Source: an uncultured Oscillospiraceae bacterium (GTDB lineage Bacteria > Bacillota > Clostridia > Oscillospirales > Oscillospiraceae). Taken from it: a DNA stretch of 26,595 bases. The translations under genes and the position numbers were made by a program. The notes under the pieces are model-generated. The model saw only the letters and a program-made list of their open reading frames with translations, ran no database searches and was not told the origin of the DNA. Positions 1-8,579 of this stretch are shown one piece after another (position 1 is the first letter of the stretch; every line of letters starts with the position of its first letter). The DNA lies in the NCBI GenBank assembly GCA_964522835.1, contig CAZFXB010000003.1:1-26595 (forward strand), read 5' to 3'.

Positions 1-2
1 AC

Positions 3-275
3 GAGAAGGACTGCTTCTCCATCTGGTCTGCCAGCCGTGACAACCGGGACATCTACCCCTATGTGGCCCAGCTCACCATCGACGAGACCTATGAGATCTC
101 CAAGCTGGCCGGCGACTATGAGTCCTATGCGCTGGAGTGCCGTGATAAGTTTATCACCGGCGATATGAACATCGAGACCGAATACGAAGCCTACGAAGAG
201 GCCGTCCGGGAAATGGGTCTGACCCGTGCCCTGGAAATTAAGCAGGACGCTTACGACCGCTACATGGAAAAGTAA
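3..275 (+). CDS. 3' part of an ABC-transporter extracellular solute-binding protein (5'-truncated by window edge)
   Basis: Frame is open from position 3 (EKDCFSIWSASRDNRDIYPYVAQLT...). C-terminus KFITGDMNIETEYEAYEEAVREMGLTRALEIKQDAYDRY resembles the typical end of clostridial carbohydrate-binding SBPs. Confidence 0.65.
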   Translation, partial: EKDCFSIWSASRDNRDIYPYVAQLTIDETYEISKLAGDYESYALECRDKFITGDMNIETEYEAYEEAVREMGLTRALEIKQDAYDRYMEK

Positions 276-384
276 ACAGCGTGCATCCAGTCTCTGGTTT
301 GCCACGCCCATAGCCGAGATTTCCGTAGCCATCGTCACGGTTTTGCTGATGGGGAAATTCACAAAAGAACTGGCGTAAGCAAAA

Positions 385-416
385 ATTCTCCCGGAACGGT
401 TCCGTTCCGGGAGAAT
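385..416. terminator. Bidirectional intrinsic terminator
   Basis: Perfect 14-bp stem ATTCTCCCGGAACG / CGTTCCGGGAGAAT, flanked by A-run and T-rich tract, between convergent genes. Confidence 0.85.
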
Positions 417-424
417 ACTTTTAT

Positions 425-2050
425 TTAACCATCGATCTCCAGAATATATCCCTTTTTCCCGGAATATTCGCTGACCGAATTGGCGGCATCGTTGAAGTAC
501 CAGCTTCCGTCCACCTTAAACATGGACAAATAGGTTTCTTCGCCGCCGCTGGGCTCACCGGGATACCATGCGGTAAAGTTCATAGACTCACCGGTTCCCC
601 AGGTGGAAACATCCCAATCATCTACGCTGTTTACGTTCATGTTCAGCCACATAAAGACCAGACCGTTGGCATCCGCCAGCTGGGCAGCCTTGTTGAATTC
701 CTCCTCAGAGGTCACAGTCAGAATATGTCCACCTTTTGCCTCTGCATCTGCCTTTGCTTCCCACCACGTATAATTTCCGGACACGATCTTATAGGTATTA
801 CCATTGAGGGTAAAGCTTGTTGCCGGAGTGGGTGTGGGAGACGGGCTGGGCGAAGGAGTGGGGCTGGGCGAGGGCTTGGCCGTGGGAGTAGCTGTGGGCT
901 TTGCCGTGGGTGTGGGGGTTGCAGAAGGCTTCACCGTGGGTGTGGGGGTAGCTGTGGGGGTTGCCGTAGGAGTCACCACAGCCTGCTCCTGCTCCTTAAT
1001 AACGGTAGAGCCCTGTCCAGCCGTGGGGCTGGGCGCTGCCGTAGTCTCAGGGGATGTGCTGGGGGATGCCTCCGGATCCGTCTCTCCTGCTCCCGGGGCG
1101 CTGGGAGAGGGCGGTACAATCACGCCTGTGCTGGGGCTGGGCGAGGGAGTCGGTTCTTTTTCCTGCTCCTCCTCTGCCGCCTGATTCAGGCTGGCCAGAC
1201 CGGCAATGGCTGCGGAGTTGCTGGGATCCAGCTTCTCCAGAACGGTGTCATAGCAATTTTTAGCCGTAACCATATCACTTTCAGACTTAGCCTCGTCGCC
1301 CATCTTCAGATAGGCATCAATAGCCGCCTTTTTCAGACCGCTGTCCTTCAGCTCCTGGAATCCCCGCAGATATGCATCTGCCGCCTTATCCGGCTCTTCC
1401 ACCGTCTCATAGGTGGTTCCCAAAAGCTCATAGGTCTCTACCGTGGCCTCGCCGCTGGCAATTATATTCTCCAGCTGAGCAATGGCCTCCTGGTAGTTTG
1501 CTTCGTTATACTGCTGCTGGGCCAGCGTCATAGGTGTCTCTTCCTGATTAGATCCCACGATGCCCAGTTTAAAGGCCATCACAACGCCCACTGCGATCAC
1601 TGCCACCAGCAGAATTGCCGCAATCACCGTAACGATCAGTCCGTTCCGCTTTCCTGGATCCAGGGGATTCTTACGCACACCGGGGTTTGATGCCTCTTCC
1701 GCCAGATTGTTTTTGCCCCGGCTGAAGCTATAGCCCTCTCGGCTTTCCCCATCGGAAGTATCATATTCGCTGTAGCTCATATCCCCGTTCTCGTAGCCGC
1801 TGCTCTGGTCGGGGCCGGGGTAGAGATTGGCGTTGGGATCTACCCCTCCTGTGTTGCCGCCGAAAGCAGTGTACTGCTGGGTATAGTCCACATCAGCAGG
1901 CTGCTGATAACGTTCATAGGCCACAAACTCGTCATTCTCCTCGGTAAAGGGGGTACCGCAGGAGGGACAGAACTTCGCCGCCACAGATACGGATTGACCG
2001 CACTGGGGACAAATCTTGTAAACAGAGGAAGTATCGGACATATATTTCAT
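425..2050 (-). CDS. Membrane-anchored surface protein: zinc ribbon, TM helix, TPR-like region, Pro/Thr linker, C-terminal C-type lectin-like domain
   Basis: CPQC/CPSC zinc ribbon; hydrophobic LIVTVIAAILLVAVIAVGVVMAF; TPR-like helices (YQEAIAQLENII, TYELLGTTYETVEEPDKAADAYLRG); CTLD motifs TWWEAKADAEAKGGHILTVTSEEE and WYPGEPS...FND. Confidence 0.85.
   Translation of the reverse strand: MKYMSDTSSVYKICPQCGQSVSVAAKFCPSCGTPFTEENDEFVAYERYQQPADVDYTQQYTAFGGNTGGVDPNANLYPGPDQSSGYENGDMSYSEYDTSDGESREGYSFSRGKNNLAEEASNPGVRKNPLDPGKRNGLIVTVIAAILLVAVIAVGVVMAFKLGIVGSNQEETPMTLAQQQYNEANYQEAIAQLENIIASGEATVETYELLGTTYETVEEPDKAADAYLRGFQELKDSGLKKAAIDAYLKMGDEAKSESDMVTAKNCYDTVLEKLDPSNSAAIAGLASLNQAAEEEQEKEPTPSPSPSTGVIVPPSPSAPGAGETDPEASPSTSPETTAAPSPTAGQGSTVIKEQEQAVVTPTATPTATPTPTVKPSATPTPTAKPTATPTAKPSPSPTPSPSPSPTPTPATSFTLNGNTYKIVSGNYTWWEAKADAEAKGGHILTVTSEEEFNKAAQLADANGLVFMWLNMNVNSVDDWDVSTWGTGESMNFTAWYPGEPSGGEETYLSMFKVDGSWYFNDAANSVSEYSGKKGYILEIDG
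820..975 (-). repeat. Intragenic Pro/Thr/Ser tandem repeats (TPTA/TPTP/SPSP linker)
   Basis: Repeated GTGGGTGTGGGGGT-like units on + strand encoding TPTATPTATPTPTVKPSATPTPTAKPTATPTAKPSPSPTPSPSPSPTPTP. Confidence 0.85.
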
Positions 2051-2231
2051 TCCTTTCCTGAAAATAGAGTCGTTTTATCATATATGAAGAGCTTCCTAGC
2101 CATTATAACATAGATTTACCCGTTTGTGTGCACCAACTGAGAATTTTGTCAAAAATTAAAAAATTACCGTTTCAGAATGGGAACACTACATAAAAAAACA
2201 GTCTAATTTCAAGAAAAACCTTGTTTTAAGG

Positions 2232-2260
2232 TAGAAAAACCGCACAATGTGCGGTATACT
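2232..2260 (+). promoter_or_regulatory. Candidate sigmaA promoter of nagZ with a palindromic operator in the spacer
   Basis: TAGAAA-17nt-TATACT; perfect 8-1-8 palindrome ACCGCACA-A-TGTGCGGT at 2239-2255. Confidence 0.55.
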
Positions 2261-2293
2261 ATCCACATCAAACAAACATACCGGAGGTTCTAT

Positions 2294-3625
2294 ATGGCCA
2301 AACGAATTATCATTTCACTGCTTCTGATTATTTTGATCGTTGCGGTGGTCGCTGGAGGGGCCACTTTTGTGTTCTCCAGCCAATACGACTCTCTCCAGTC
2401 TCTGGAGCATGAAGTCGCAGACCCTGCCGAGGAGCCCACTACCAAAGTGGTTCTGACTGACGGCACAACCTCATCCTTGGCTCCCGCAAAAAAGCCCACC
2501 ATGCTGGAGGACTACGGCTCCATTCAGGAATCCCAGCCCCAGATTCAGGCTCCTGTCGTTCAAACCAATATCAACACCTCCACGGTGCAGACCATGCTCG
2601 GCAGCATGACCCTGGAAGAAAAGATTTATCAGATGCTGTTTGTTACCCCCGAGGCCCTGACCGGCTATAACAAAGTCACCCAAAGCGGCAGCGCCACCCG
2701 CTCCGCACTGGAGTCCAGGCCTGTGGGCGGTATCATCTACTTTTCTGACAATCTGATTTCCGTAGACCAGACAACGGAAATGATCTCCAATATCCAGTCC
2801 TACTCCACCGAGCTGACAGGACGGGGACTGTTCATCGGCATCGACGAAGAGGGGGGCACTGTGGCTCGTGCTGCCGACTCCCTGGGTACCACCGCCTTTG
2901 ATGACATGGTCACCTACGGCAGTGCCGGAGATACCGACGCAGTCTATGAGATTGGTGCCACCCAGGCCAGCGAGCTTACCGCTCTGGGCTTCAATGTCAA
3001 CTTCTCTCCCGTGGCAGATGTGCTCACCAACGACGAGAACACCGTGGTCAAAGTTCGCAGCTTTGGCTCCGATGCCGCTCTGGTTTCCGACATGGTCTCC
3101 ACAGTGGTCTCTGGCCTCCGGGACGGTGGGATGCTCTCCTGTCCCAAGCATTTCCCCGGCCATGGCAGCACCGGCGGCGACACCCACAATGGCTATGCTT
3201 CCTCTGACCGTACTCAGGAGGAGTTGGCTCAGTGCGACTTAAAGCCCTTTGAGGCTGCCATTGCCGCAGGCGCCCCCATGATTATGGTAGGCCACATGAC
3301 CATGACCCAAATCGATCCGGATCACCCTGCTTGTCTCTCCCCCGCCATTGTCACCGGTCTTCTCCGGGAGCAGCTTGGCTATAACGGTATCATCATTACA
3401 GATGCCCTTAATATGGGTGCCATCACAGATAACTACTCCTACTCCGAGGCTGCCATTGCCGCCATCTCTGCCGGCTGTGACATGCTGCTGTGTGTCTCCA
3501 ATATTGACACCGTGGTAAGCGCTGTGGCCGCTGCTGTGGCAGACGGCACCATCCAGGAATCCCAGATCAACGACAGCGTCCTTCGGATTCTCACCGAAAA
3601 AGCCCGCTACGGTATTATCTCCTGA
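2294..3625 (+). CDS. nagZ: GH3 beta-N-acetylhexosaminidase with N-terminal membrane anchor
   Basis: KHFPGHGSTGGDTH catalytic motif, IGIDEEGGTVAR, IITDALNMGA. Start moved to ATG 2294 because of GGAGG at 2283-2287; hydrophobic N-terminal helix. Confidence 0.85.
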   Translation: MAKRIIISLLLIILIVAVVAGGATFVFSSQYDSLQSLEHEVADPAEEPTTKVVLTDGTTSSLAPAKKPTMLEDYGSIQESQPQIQAPVVQTNINTSTVQTMLGSMTLEEKIYQMLFVTPEALTGYNKVTQSGSATRSALESRPVGGIIYFSDNLISVDQTTEMISNIQSYSTELTGRGLFIGIDEEGGTVARAADSLGTTAFDDMVTYGSAGDTDAVYEIGATQASELTALGFNVNFSPVADVLTNDENTVVKVRSFGSDAALVSDMVSTVVSGLRDGGMLSCPKHFPGHGSTGGDTHNGYASSDRTQEELAQCDLKPFEAAIAAGAPMIMVGHMTMTQIDPDHPACLSPAIVTGLLREQLGYNGIIITDALNMGAITDNYSYSEAAIAAISAGCDMLLCVSNIDTVVSAVAAAVADGTIQESQINDSVLRILTEKARYGIIS

Positions 3626-3630
3626 GTCCA

Positions 3631-3668
3631 ATCACCCCGGAACGCATTTGCGCCCGGGGTGATTTTTT
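3631..3668. terminator. Terminator between nagZ and the last phage-like gene
   Basis: ATCACCCCGG...CCGGGGTGAT stem followed by TTTTT on + strand; the stop codon of the convergent gene lies at 3667. Confidence 0.8.
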
Positions 3669-4233
3669 ATTCCAAATACCCCAGTCGCTGTTCCCACGCC
3701 CCCTGAGATCGTTTTCGCAGATCCTCCAGTGCCACCGTCTCTTGAACGGTTGTGCTGGTTCGAATGTCATAATAAGAAAGTGTCACTGTTACCTTCATGT
3801 GACAGGGCATAATGCACTCCAGTACCCGCAGCTGAAACACAGGATCCTTGGCAATCACCATTTTCTCCTTCATGGTCACCTGGCAGCAAAAGGGCTCCGT
3901 TGACTCCGAAATCATCACCGGAATGCCGCAGGCCTCCAGCGTCTTCGTCAGTCTTTCCCTGCTTCCCCACTGGGTATCCACCGAAAACAGCGCCGACAGT
4001 GCTTCTCTTCGGCTGGTTGTGCCGTTGGATGCCAGCATTGGAAACAGCCCCTCTGCCAGCGACAGTCCGTTCCCCGTGGCAGTCCCTGGATCAATCTCTT
4101 TGATATATTGCTCCATCTGCTGCTGAACATCGTCCATACCGTTTCCCAATGCCTTCAGCTCACCCAGGTTGTATCCGCTGTCCCTGTACACCCCCAAAGG
4201 CTCCAGCATTCCCCAAAGATAATCAAAATACAT
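3667..4233 (-). CDS. Baseplate wedge protein, gpI / Mu gp48 / DUF2313-like (188 aa)
   Basis: Immediately downstream of baseplate J with TAATG overlap and GGAGG RBS; start MYFDYLWGML at 4233. Size, position and the 'CIMPCHMKV' end fit this class. Confidence 0.6.
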   Translation of the reverse strand: MYFDYLWGMLEPLGVYRDSGYNLGELKALGNGMDDVQQQMEQYIKEIDPGTATGNGLSLAEGLFPMLASNGTTSRREALSALFSVDTQWGSRERLTKTLEACGIPVMISESTEPFCCQVTMKEKMVIAKDPVFQLRVLECIMPCHMKVTVTLSYYDIRTSTTVQETVALEDLRKRSQGAWEQRLGYLE

Positions 4234-5282
4234 TAAATTCCCTCCAGCGTAATGGTGCCCAAAAGCAGCCGCTGTCCCGCCTCCGGGGTCATATCTGCCG
4301 CCGGCTTGGTAAACACAATGTTGTCTATGGCCCCTGTGGACATAGCTTTGCTGCAAAGTGCCGCCTTGTACAGTGTTTTCCCCAAAGCCAGCGATCCAAT
4401 GTAATCGCCAAGGGCCTGTTCCACCACGGTTTTTGCCTGAGATACCGAGTAGCCCTCTGCCGGAAGTATGGTCGCCTTAACTGTTACCACCACATTTTCC
4501 GGCTCCTGAACCACTACCGTAATTCCCAGCTCCCGCCGCTGCTCCAGCAGCGCATCCAGCTTGTCCAGTGCCCCCTGGGATACCTTCCCGCTGTCAGAGG
4601 TGACCAGCAGCCCCACAGACCCGGCCCCGTTCATCTGCGGCACCACCGATACCCCGTCGATCCCATCTACGCTCAGGGCCAGCTCCCGATAAAACGCCGC
4701 ATTTGTGCCGTTGTTCAGCCCCTTGTAGGATTCCAAGATTCTGCTTCGGTAATCCTCATCCGTTTCTCGACTTCGGCCGCCCGAAAACCGCTGTGGATTT
4801 GTCACCAGCTCCACCCCATCCGGCGGTGTCTGCATTACCGTAATACTCTTCGCCACTGCATTGCCCTGGGGCCCCGGTTCCACAGCCTGGGCTGCAATGT
4901 CTGCAGAGGTGCTTCCCGCCAGAATAATCCCGCTGTCTACAGTCTCAAAGGCCGTCCCCTCGCTGCTGAGGCAAATCGTCCCCTGTTCAATTCCCAAGGG
5001 TGCCGCCAACGGACTGGAAATCGAAAACCGAAGAGTTCCCGTAGCCTTTCGTTCCTCCAGCCGTGCAAGTCCCCGCCGCTGTCCGTGGAGATCCAGGCTT
5101 TCTTCCTGGGCCGTCTGCGGAAAGGCCTGTCGGTAAATGTAGTCTCCGTAGTGATAAAGTGCCATCAGCTGTGCCGCCGCTGCCTGAAACCGCACCGCCA
5201 AATCCCCGGTTGTCCCAATTTCATACCCGGTTTCCTCCTCAAAAAACGCCAGCATATCCTGATATATCTCTGCCTGTGTCAT
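4233..5282 (-). CDS. Baseplate J / Mu gp47 / XkdT-like protein
   Basis: Motifs QTAQEESLDLHGQRRGLARL, ATGTLRF, AVEPGPQGN, GGRSRETDEDYRSRI, GTNAAFYRELALSVDGI. Confidence 0.9.
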   Translation of the reverse strand: MTQAEIYQDMLAFFEEETGYEIGTTGDLAVRFQAAAAQLMALYHYGDYIYRQAFPQTAQEESLDLHGQRRGLARLEERKATGTLRFSISSPLAAPLGIEQGTICLSSEGTAFETVDSGIILAGSTSADIAAQAVEPGPQGNAVAKSITVMQTPPDGVELVTNPQRFSGGRSRETDEDYRSRILESYKGLNNGTNAAFYRELALSVDGIDGVSVVPQMNGAGSVGLLVTSDSGKVSQGALDKLDALLEQRRELGITVVVQEPENVVVTVKATILPAEGYSVSQAKTVVEQALGDYIGSLALGKTLYKAALCSKAMSTGAIDNIVFTKPAADMTPEAGQRLLLGTITLEGI

Positions 5283-5620
5283 TTTACTGTCACCTCCAAA
5301 TTCATTTCATTTCCCTCATAGCCAAGCTCCAGCTCCACCAGCATTGGCTCCCCGCTCGTTACCACAGCGTCCTTCACCGTCAGTCCCAAAGGCTCCAGGG
5401 CCTCCCCGGCGTAGCGAATCGCCAGAGTTTTTCGCACCGATGGCTTCTCCCGGTATAGCGTATACAGTCTGCTGCCTACCTCCGGCATCAGCGAAAATGC
5501 CCCCCGGCGGGCCGTCAACTGAAACATGGCCTGCTCCAAAATCGCCTCCAGCCCGTAGGCCCGCTGAAATCCACCTGCGCCATCGGGCACATAATCCCCC
5601 TCCCGCAGTTTCAGGCTCAT
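5279..5620 (-). CDS. Baseplate wedge gpW/gp25 / Mu gp46-like protein (113 aa)
   Basis: LTARRGAFSLMPEVGSRLYTL and 'AIRYAGEALEPL' pattern; directly upstream of J with ATGA overlap. Confidence 0.75.
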   Translation of the reverse strand: MSLKLREGDYVPDGAGGFQRAYGLEAILEQAMFQLTARRGAFSLMPEVGSRLYTLYREKPSVRKTLAIRYAGEALEPLGLTVKDAVVTSGEPMLVELELGYEGNEMNLEVTVK

Positions 5621-5970
5621 ACCGTAATCTCCTTTCCGTTCACCAGCACGGTTCCTTCCAACAGGATGGAGCCGTCATTTTTTAGCCAAATGGAGGCTTT
5701 TTCGGTATACAGCCGAATCTCTCCCGGCTCCATCGTGCCAGCCCCCTCTGTCTCTGCCCCTGCAATGCAGTCCTCCATTCCAGCCTTCACCACCAGAACC
5801 CCCTGGCCCCGTTTCGGCACCCAGGTCAATCCTCCGGGCCCGTAAACGGCCCGGCTGCTCTGATTCCCGGCGGACACCACCGTGCTGTTTTCGCCGCCCA
5901 GAGACACCGTCTCCAGGCTGCCGCCGGAGATATCTCCACCTGTTTGTTTCCAACGCTCCGAAAGAAACAT
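5617..5970 (-). CDS. Short baseplate spike, Mu gp45 / gpV-like (117 aa)
   Basis: Start reassigned to MFLSERW (AGGAG RBS). GPGGLTWVPKRGQGVLV and EPGEIRLYTEKASIWLKNDGSILLEG resemble the gp45-type OB and beta-helix regions; position hub > spike > gp46. Confidence 0.65.
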   Translation of the reverse strand: MFLSERWKQTGGDISGGSLETVSLGGENSTVVSAGNQSSRAVYGPGGLTWVPKRGQGVLVVKAGMEDCIAGAETEGAGTMEPGEIRLYTEKASIWLKNDGSILLEGTVLVNGKEITV

Positions 5971-5984
5971 TCTCTTTTCTCCTC

Positions 5985-6920
5985 TCAGCTCATTTCCCGC
6001 ATACGCAGCCTGCACTGTTTTCCCCCATCGCCCAGGCTGTTTTCTGTTTCTGTCACAAGAAATCCCCCGGAAATACCCATCTCCGGCAAATTCACCGTCA
6101 CAATATCCATGGGTTCTGCCCAAAACAAGTTGGGCAGCGTCACCTCCAGCGTGCGAAACTCCTTTTGGGAATCCATCAGCACTTGATTGGGCGAACTGAG
6201 CCCCGCCCTGCACCGATTCTTTCTTGGAACTGTCATCCGGCGGGTGGCACATCCGCCCAGCTTTTGAAATCTGCCGTTGTCCACCTGCTGTTCATAATAC
6301 GTGCCCACATATTGGGCCATAACCCGGCTGTAGACTCCGTATCGGGTCTGCCTCCACTGTGTTTTTTCCACCTCATTTGGATCCAGGCTCCGTCTTGTCC
6401 CGGTTTTTGAGGAAATCAGCAATGTGCCATCGGGTAAAAATCTGGGCTGAACCCCAGCCGCCCACAGACAAAATCCAGATAGGGCATCCCAGCAATCTGT
6501 TCCGTAGTCCACTGCATAGGTTGAAAGCCAATAGTTTTCCCCATACTGCACCGCCGGAAGGTTGTATGGCTCCGCATAATTTCTTAAAATATCCTTCAAT
6601 CTGACCCAGTAGTACACCCGCTCTGGCACCTCATTGTCCATCAGCAGTCCTGCCAGTCCCCGGCCATAGATCTCCCCTGTCATGCCTCTGTCGTCCCTCG
6701 TCACCTCATACTCATCCACGATTCCGCAGAATCGCTGTGTATCCCCCTCCCATGCTTCCAATCTCACCCCTCTGCTGAGGATTTTCTCCCAAGAGCTGTC
6801 CCAGCGAAAGCCCACCGAAAAGCTGTCGCTGCTGGTTCCGTCTGTATGTATAAATTGCCACTTCGTCAGCACAGGCAGACCTACCCTGCTGCCATCATTC
6901 AAAATCACCACAGCCTTCAC
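5985..6920 (-). CDS. Baseplate hub / late-control protein (XkdQ / Mu gp44-like, 311 aa)
   Basis: GTG start at 6920 overlaps the LysM gene stop (GTGA). FCGIVDEYEV...GEIYGRGLAGLLMDN pattern; position after the LysM gene. Confidence 0.75.
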   Translation of the reverse strand: MKAVVILNDGSRVGLPVLTKWQFIHTDGTSSDSFSVGFRWDSSWEKILSRGVRLEAWEGDTQRFCGIVDEYEVTRDDRGMTGEIYGRGLAGLLMDNEVPERVYYWVRLKDILRNYAEPYNLPAVQYGENYWLSTYAVDYGTDCWDALSGFCLWAAGVQPRFLPDGTLLISSKTGTRRSLDPNEVEKTQWRQTRYGVYSRVMAQYVGTYYEQQVDNGRFQKLGGCATRRMTVPRKNRCRAGLSSPNQVLMDSQKEFRTLEVTLPNLFWAEPMDIVTVNLPEMGISGGFLVTETENSLGDGGKQCRLRMREMS

Positions 6921-7447
6921 GGGATCACCACCATTCTGCCCACCGTCAGGCTGTTGGGGTTCTGTATCCACGTGTTGGCCTTCAGCAGTTCTTCAGCCGT
7001 GGTGCCGTACAGCTCTGCAATTTGCCACAGATTCTGTCCCGCCTGTACGCTGTGATTGCCCGAGGTTTTCGCCCCCTGCTGCACCACTGTACCATCTCCA
7101 TCCTCCCAGAACGAGAACCGATACTTCACGTAGTCCTCCCTGGGCTCCTGAATCAGCTCCAGCTCCTGAAACCAGGCCCGATTCATATCGATCACCGGGT
7201 GAACCAATACCCCAGTTCCCCCCTCATAGAATACCGCCAACAGAGCCTGCATCGTTTCATAGGCCCCTGCTCCGTAGAATTCCCCCTCGCCTGTCAGTAC
7301 CCGTATATTTTTCCCCAGATCCTCCAGTCCGCAGCCCCGTCCCGGAAATCTGTGCGCAACCAGCTCCCGGCTGGTACTGAGCTGATAGGAATAGGGATTG
7401 TTGGGCCATATAAAATCTTTATACCGCATATTCAGCACCTGCTGCAC
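6917..7447 (-). CDS. Tube-initiator protein with C-terminal LysM (XkdP-like)
   Basis: C-terminal HSVQAGQNLWQIAELYGTTAEELLKANTWIQNPNSLTVGRMVVIP is a clear LysM; position between the tape-measure slot and the hub. Confidence 0.85.
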   Translation of the reverse strand: MQQVLNMRYKDFIWPNNPYSYQLSTSRELVAHRFPGRGCGLEDLGKNIRVLTGEGEFYGAGAYETMQALLAVFYEGGTGVLVHPVIDMNRAWFQELELIQEPREDYVKYRFSFWEDGDGTVVQQGAKTSGNHSVQAGQNLWQIAELYGTTAEELLKANTWIQNPNSLTVGRMVVIP

Positions 7448-7450
7448 CCC

Positions 7451-7963
7451 CTAAGAATATCTTCTGGCGTCCCGTTGAAAAAACATAGAAAGCCGTTCCG
7501 GCTCCATGGCATTCTGAACCCGCTCCGGCTCCATAGCCTGCCGTCCCTGCCCATTGGCTCCGAATGCGGCTCCTGTTGTTTCGCCTGTTCCTCCGTTTAT
7601 GCGTCCCGTAGCCAGTATTTCCCGCCAGAGCCCCACTTGTTCCAGATAAGCCGCCCCATCCTTAATTTCCACCTGTTGTCTTGTTTGGAGCTCCTCCGAT
7701 TGCCGAATTCCCGCCAGTACCCGCTCCAGCGTTCTCGTTCTCTGCTGCCCCTTCCATGCTCCGGTGTCCTTTTCTTTTTCATTTTCACCTGTCCCACGAC
7801 CGGGCCCATTGTGTTCCGATGGTTCCTCCGTCTTCTGCCCATTGGTCATGCCATTTTCTCCAGACACCAGATATTCCTCCAGCCTTCTTCTCACTTGCTC
7901 CCCACTGTGCTCCTGTGTCCCGTCCTGCTGTTCCAATAAAACCTTCAGAATATAGTCATCCAC
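7451..7963 (-). CDS. 170-aa protein at the tape-measure position (putative mini tape measure)
   Basis: Position between chaperone and LysM genes; low-complexity, helical/charged composition. No sequence motif recognised. Confidence 0.45.
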   Translation of the reverse strand: MDDYILKVLLEQQDGTQEHSGEQVRRRLEEYLVSGENGMTNGQKTEEPSEHNGPGRGTGENEKEKDTGAWKGQQRTRTLERVLAGIRQSEELQTRQQVEIKDGAAYLEQVGLWREILATGRINGGTGETTGAAFGANGQGRQAMEPERVQNAMEPERLSMFFQRDARRYS

Positions 7964-8579
7964 CCTGTCTCATCTCCTCAAACCGGCTCAGATCAAAGCT
8001 GGGATTTCTGTCTGCCTCGTCCTCGATTGCACCGCCGCAGCGGATGCACCGGTGCTCCTCCACTTTTTGTCTGCATGTGGGGCAGAGTTTGTTTTTTTGC
8101 TCCTCGTTGTCCAGCATCAGCTGTACGGCGCAGTAAAGATAATCCCCCTCTGTCATGGATCTCGCCCGGCTTTCCGTGGGCAGTACGCCAAATGTTTTCA
8201 GTACATACCATCGAATCCGCTCCATCGGCTCCTTTTCCAGGGCCTCCATCAGGGCGCTGATTCGTGTCTCTTGACCACAATCCGGATCCACCCGGTCAGC
8301 CAGAGCCCGATACGCCTCCATCTCCTGGGCAATCTTCTCCCCGCTCCAACCTTCCAGCACCGACCGGCCCGAGGAAAACAGGCGCATCCCGCCCCGATAT
8401 ACCGCCCGGCTCAAAATACAGGCATTCCCCCGGAGGGCCAGGGTTTCTTCCGGCCCCTCCAGGCTCCTCGCCTCCTGTCTGGCCTGTATCAGTTCCCAGG
8501 CCGACAAAATGCGAAGCTCATATCCTTGTCTCGTAAGACACCGCTGGCCTGCCAGCACATCTAACAGTGCCTTATCCAT
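7956..8579 (-). CDS. Putative tail assembly chaperone with C-terminal Cys4 zinc ribbon
   Basis: Directly after the tube gene; contains YVLKTFGVLPTE and CPTC-x7-CIRC. Confidence 0.55.
   Translation of the reverse strand: MDKALLDVLAGQRCLTRQGYELRILSAWELIQARQEARSLEGPEETLALRGNACILSRAVYRGGMRLFSSGRSVLEGWSGEKIAQEMEAYRALADRVDPDCGQETRISALMEALEKEPMERIRWYVLKTFGVLPTESRARSMTEGDYLYCAVQLMLDNEEQKNKLCPTCRQKVEEHRCIRCGGAIEDEADRNPSFDLSRFEEMRQGG

Noticed and set aside
276-380. Weakly paired intergenic segment after the SBP gene
   Set aside because: Only short imperfect stems (GATTTCC/GGAAATT, CCATC/GATGG); not enough to call a feature.
725-1690. Long + strand ORFs (321 aa, 126 aa) opposite the lectin gene, and similar antisense ORFs at 4149-5321, 7022-7939, 11028-11975, 14006-15115, 18298-18933, 20668-21606
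   Set aside because: Shadow frames of well-supported genes in GC-rich DNA; no RBS or recognisable motifs.
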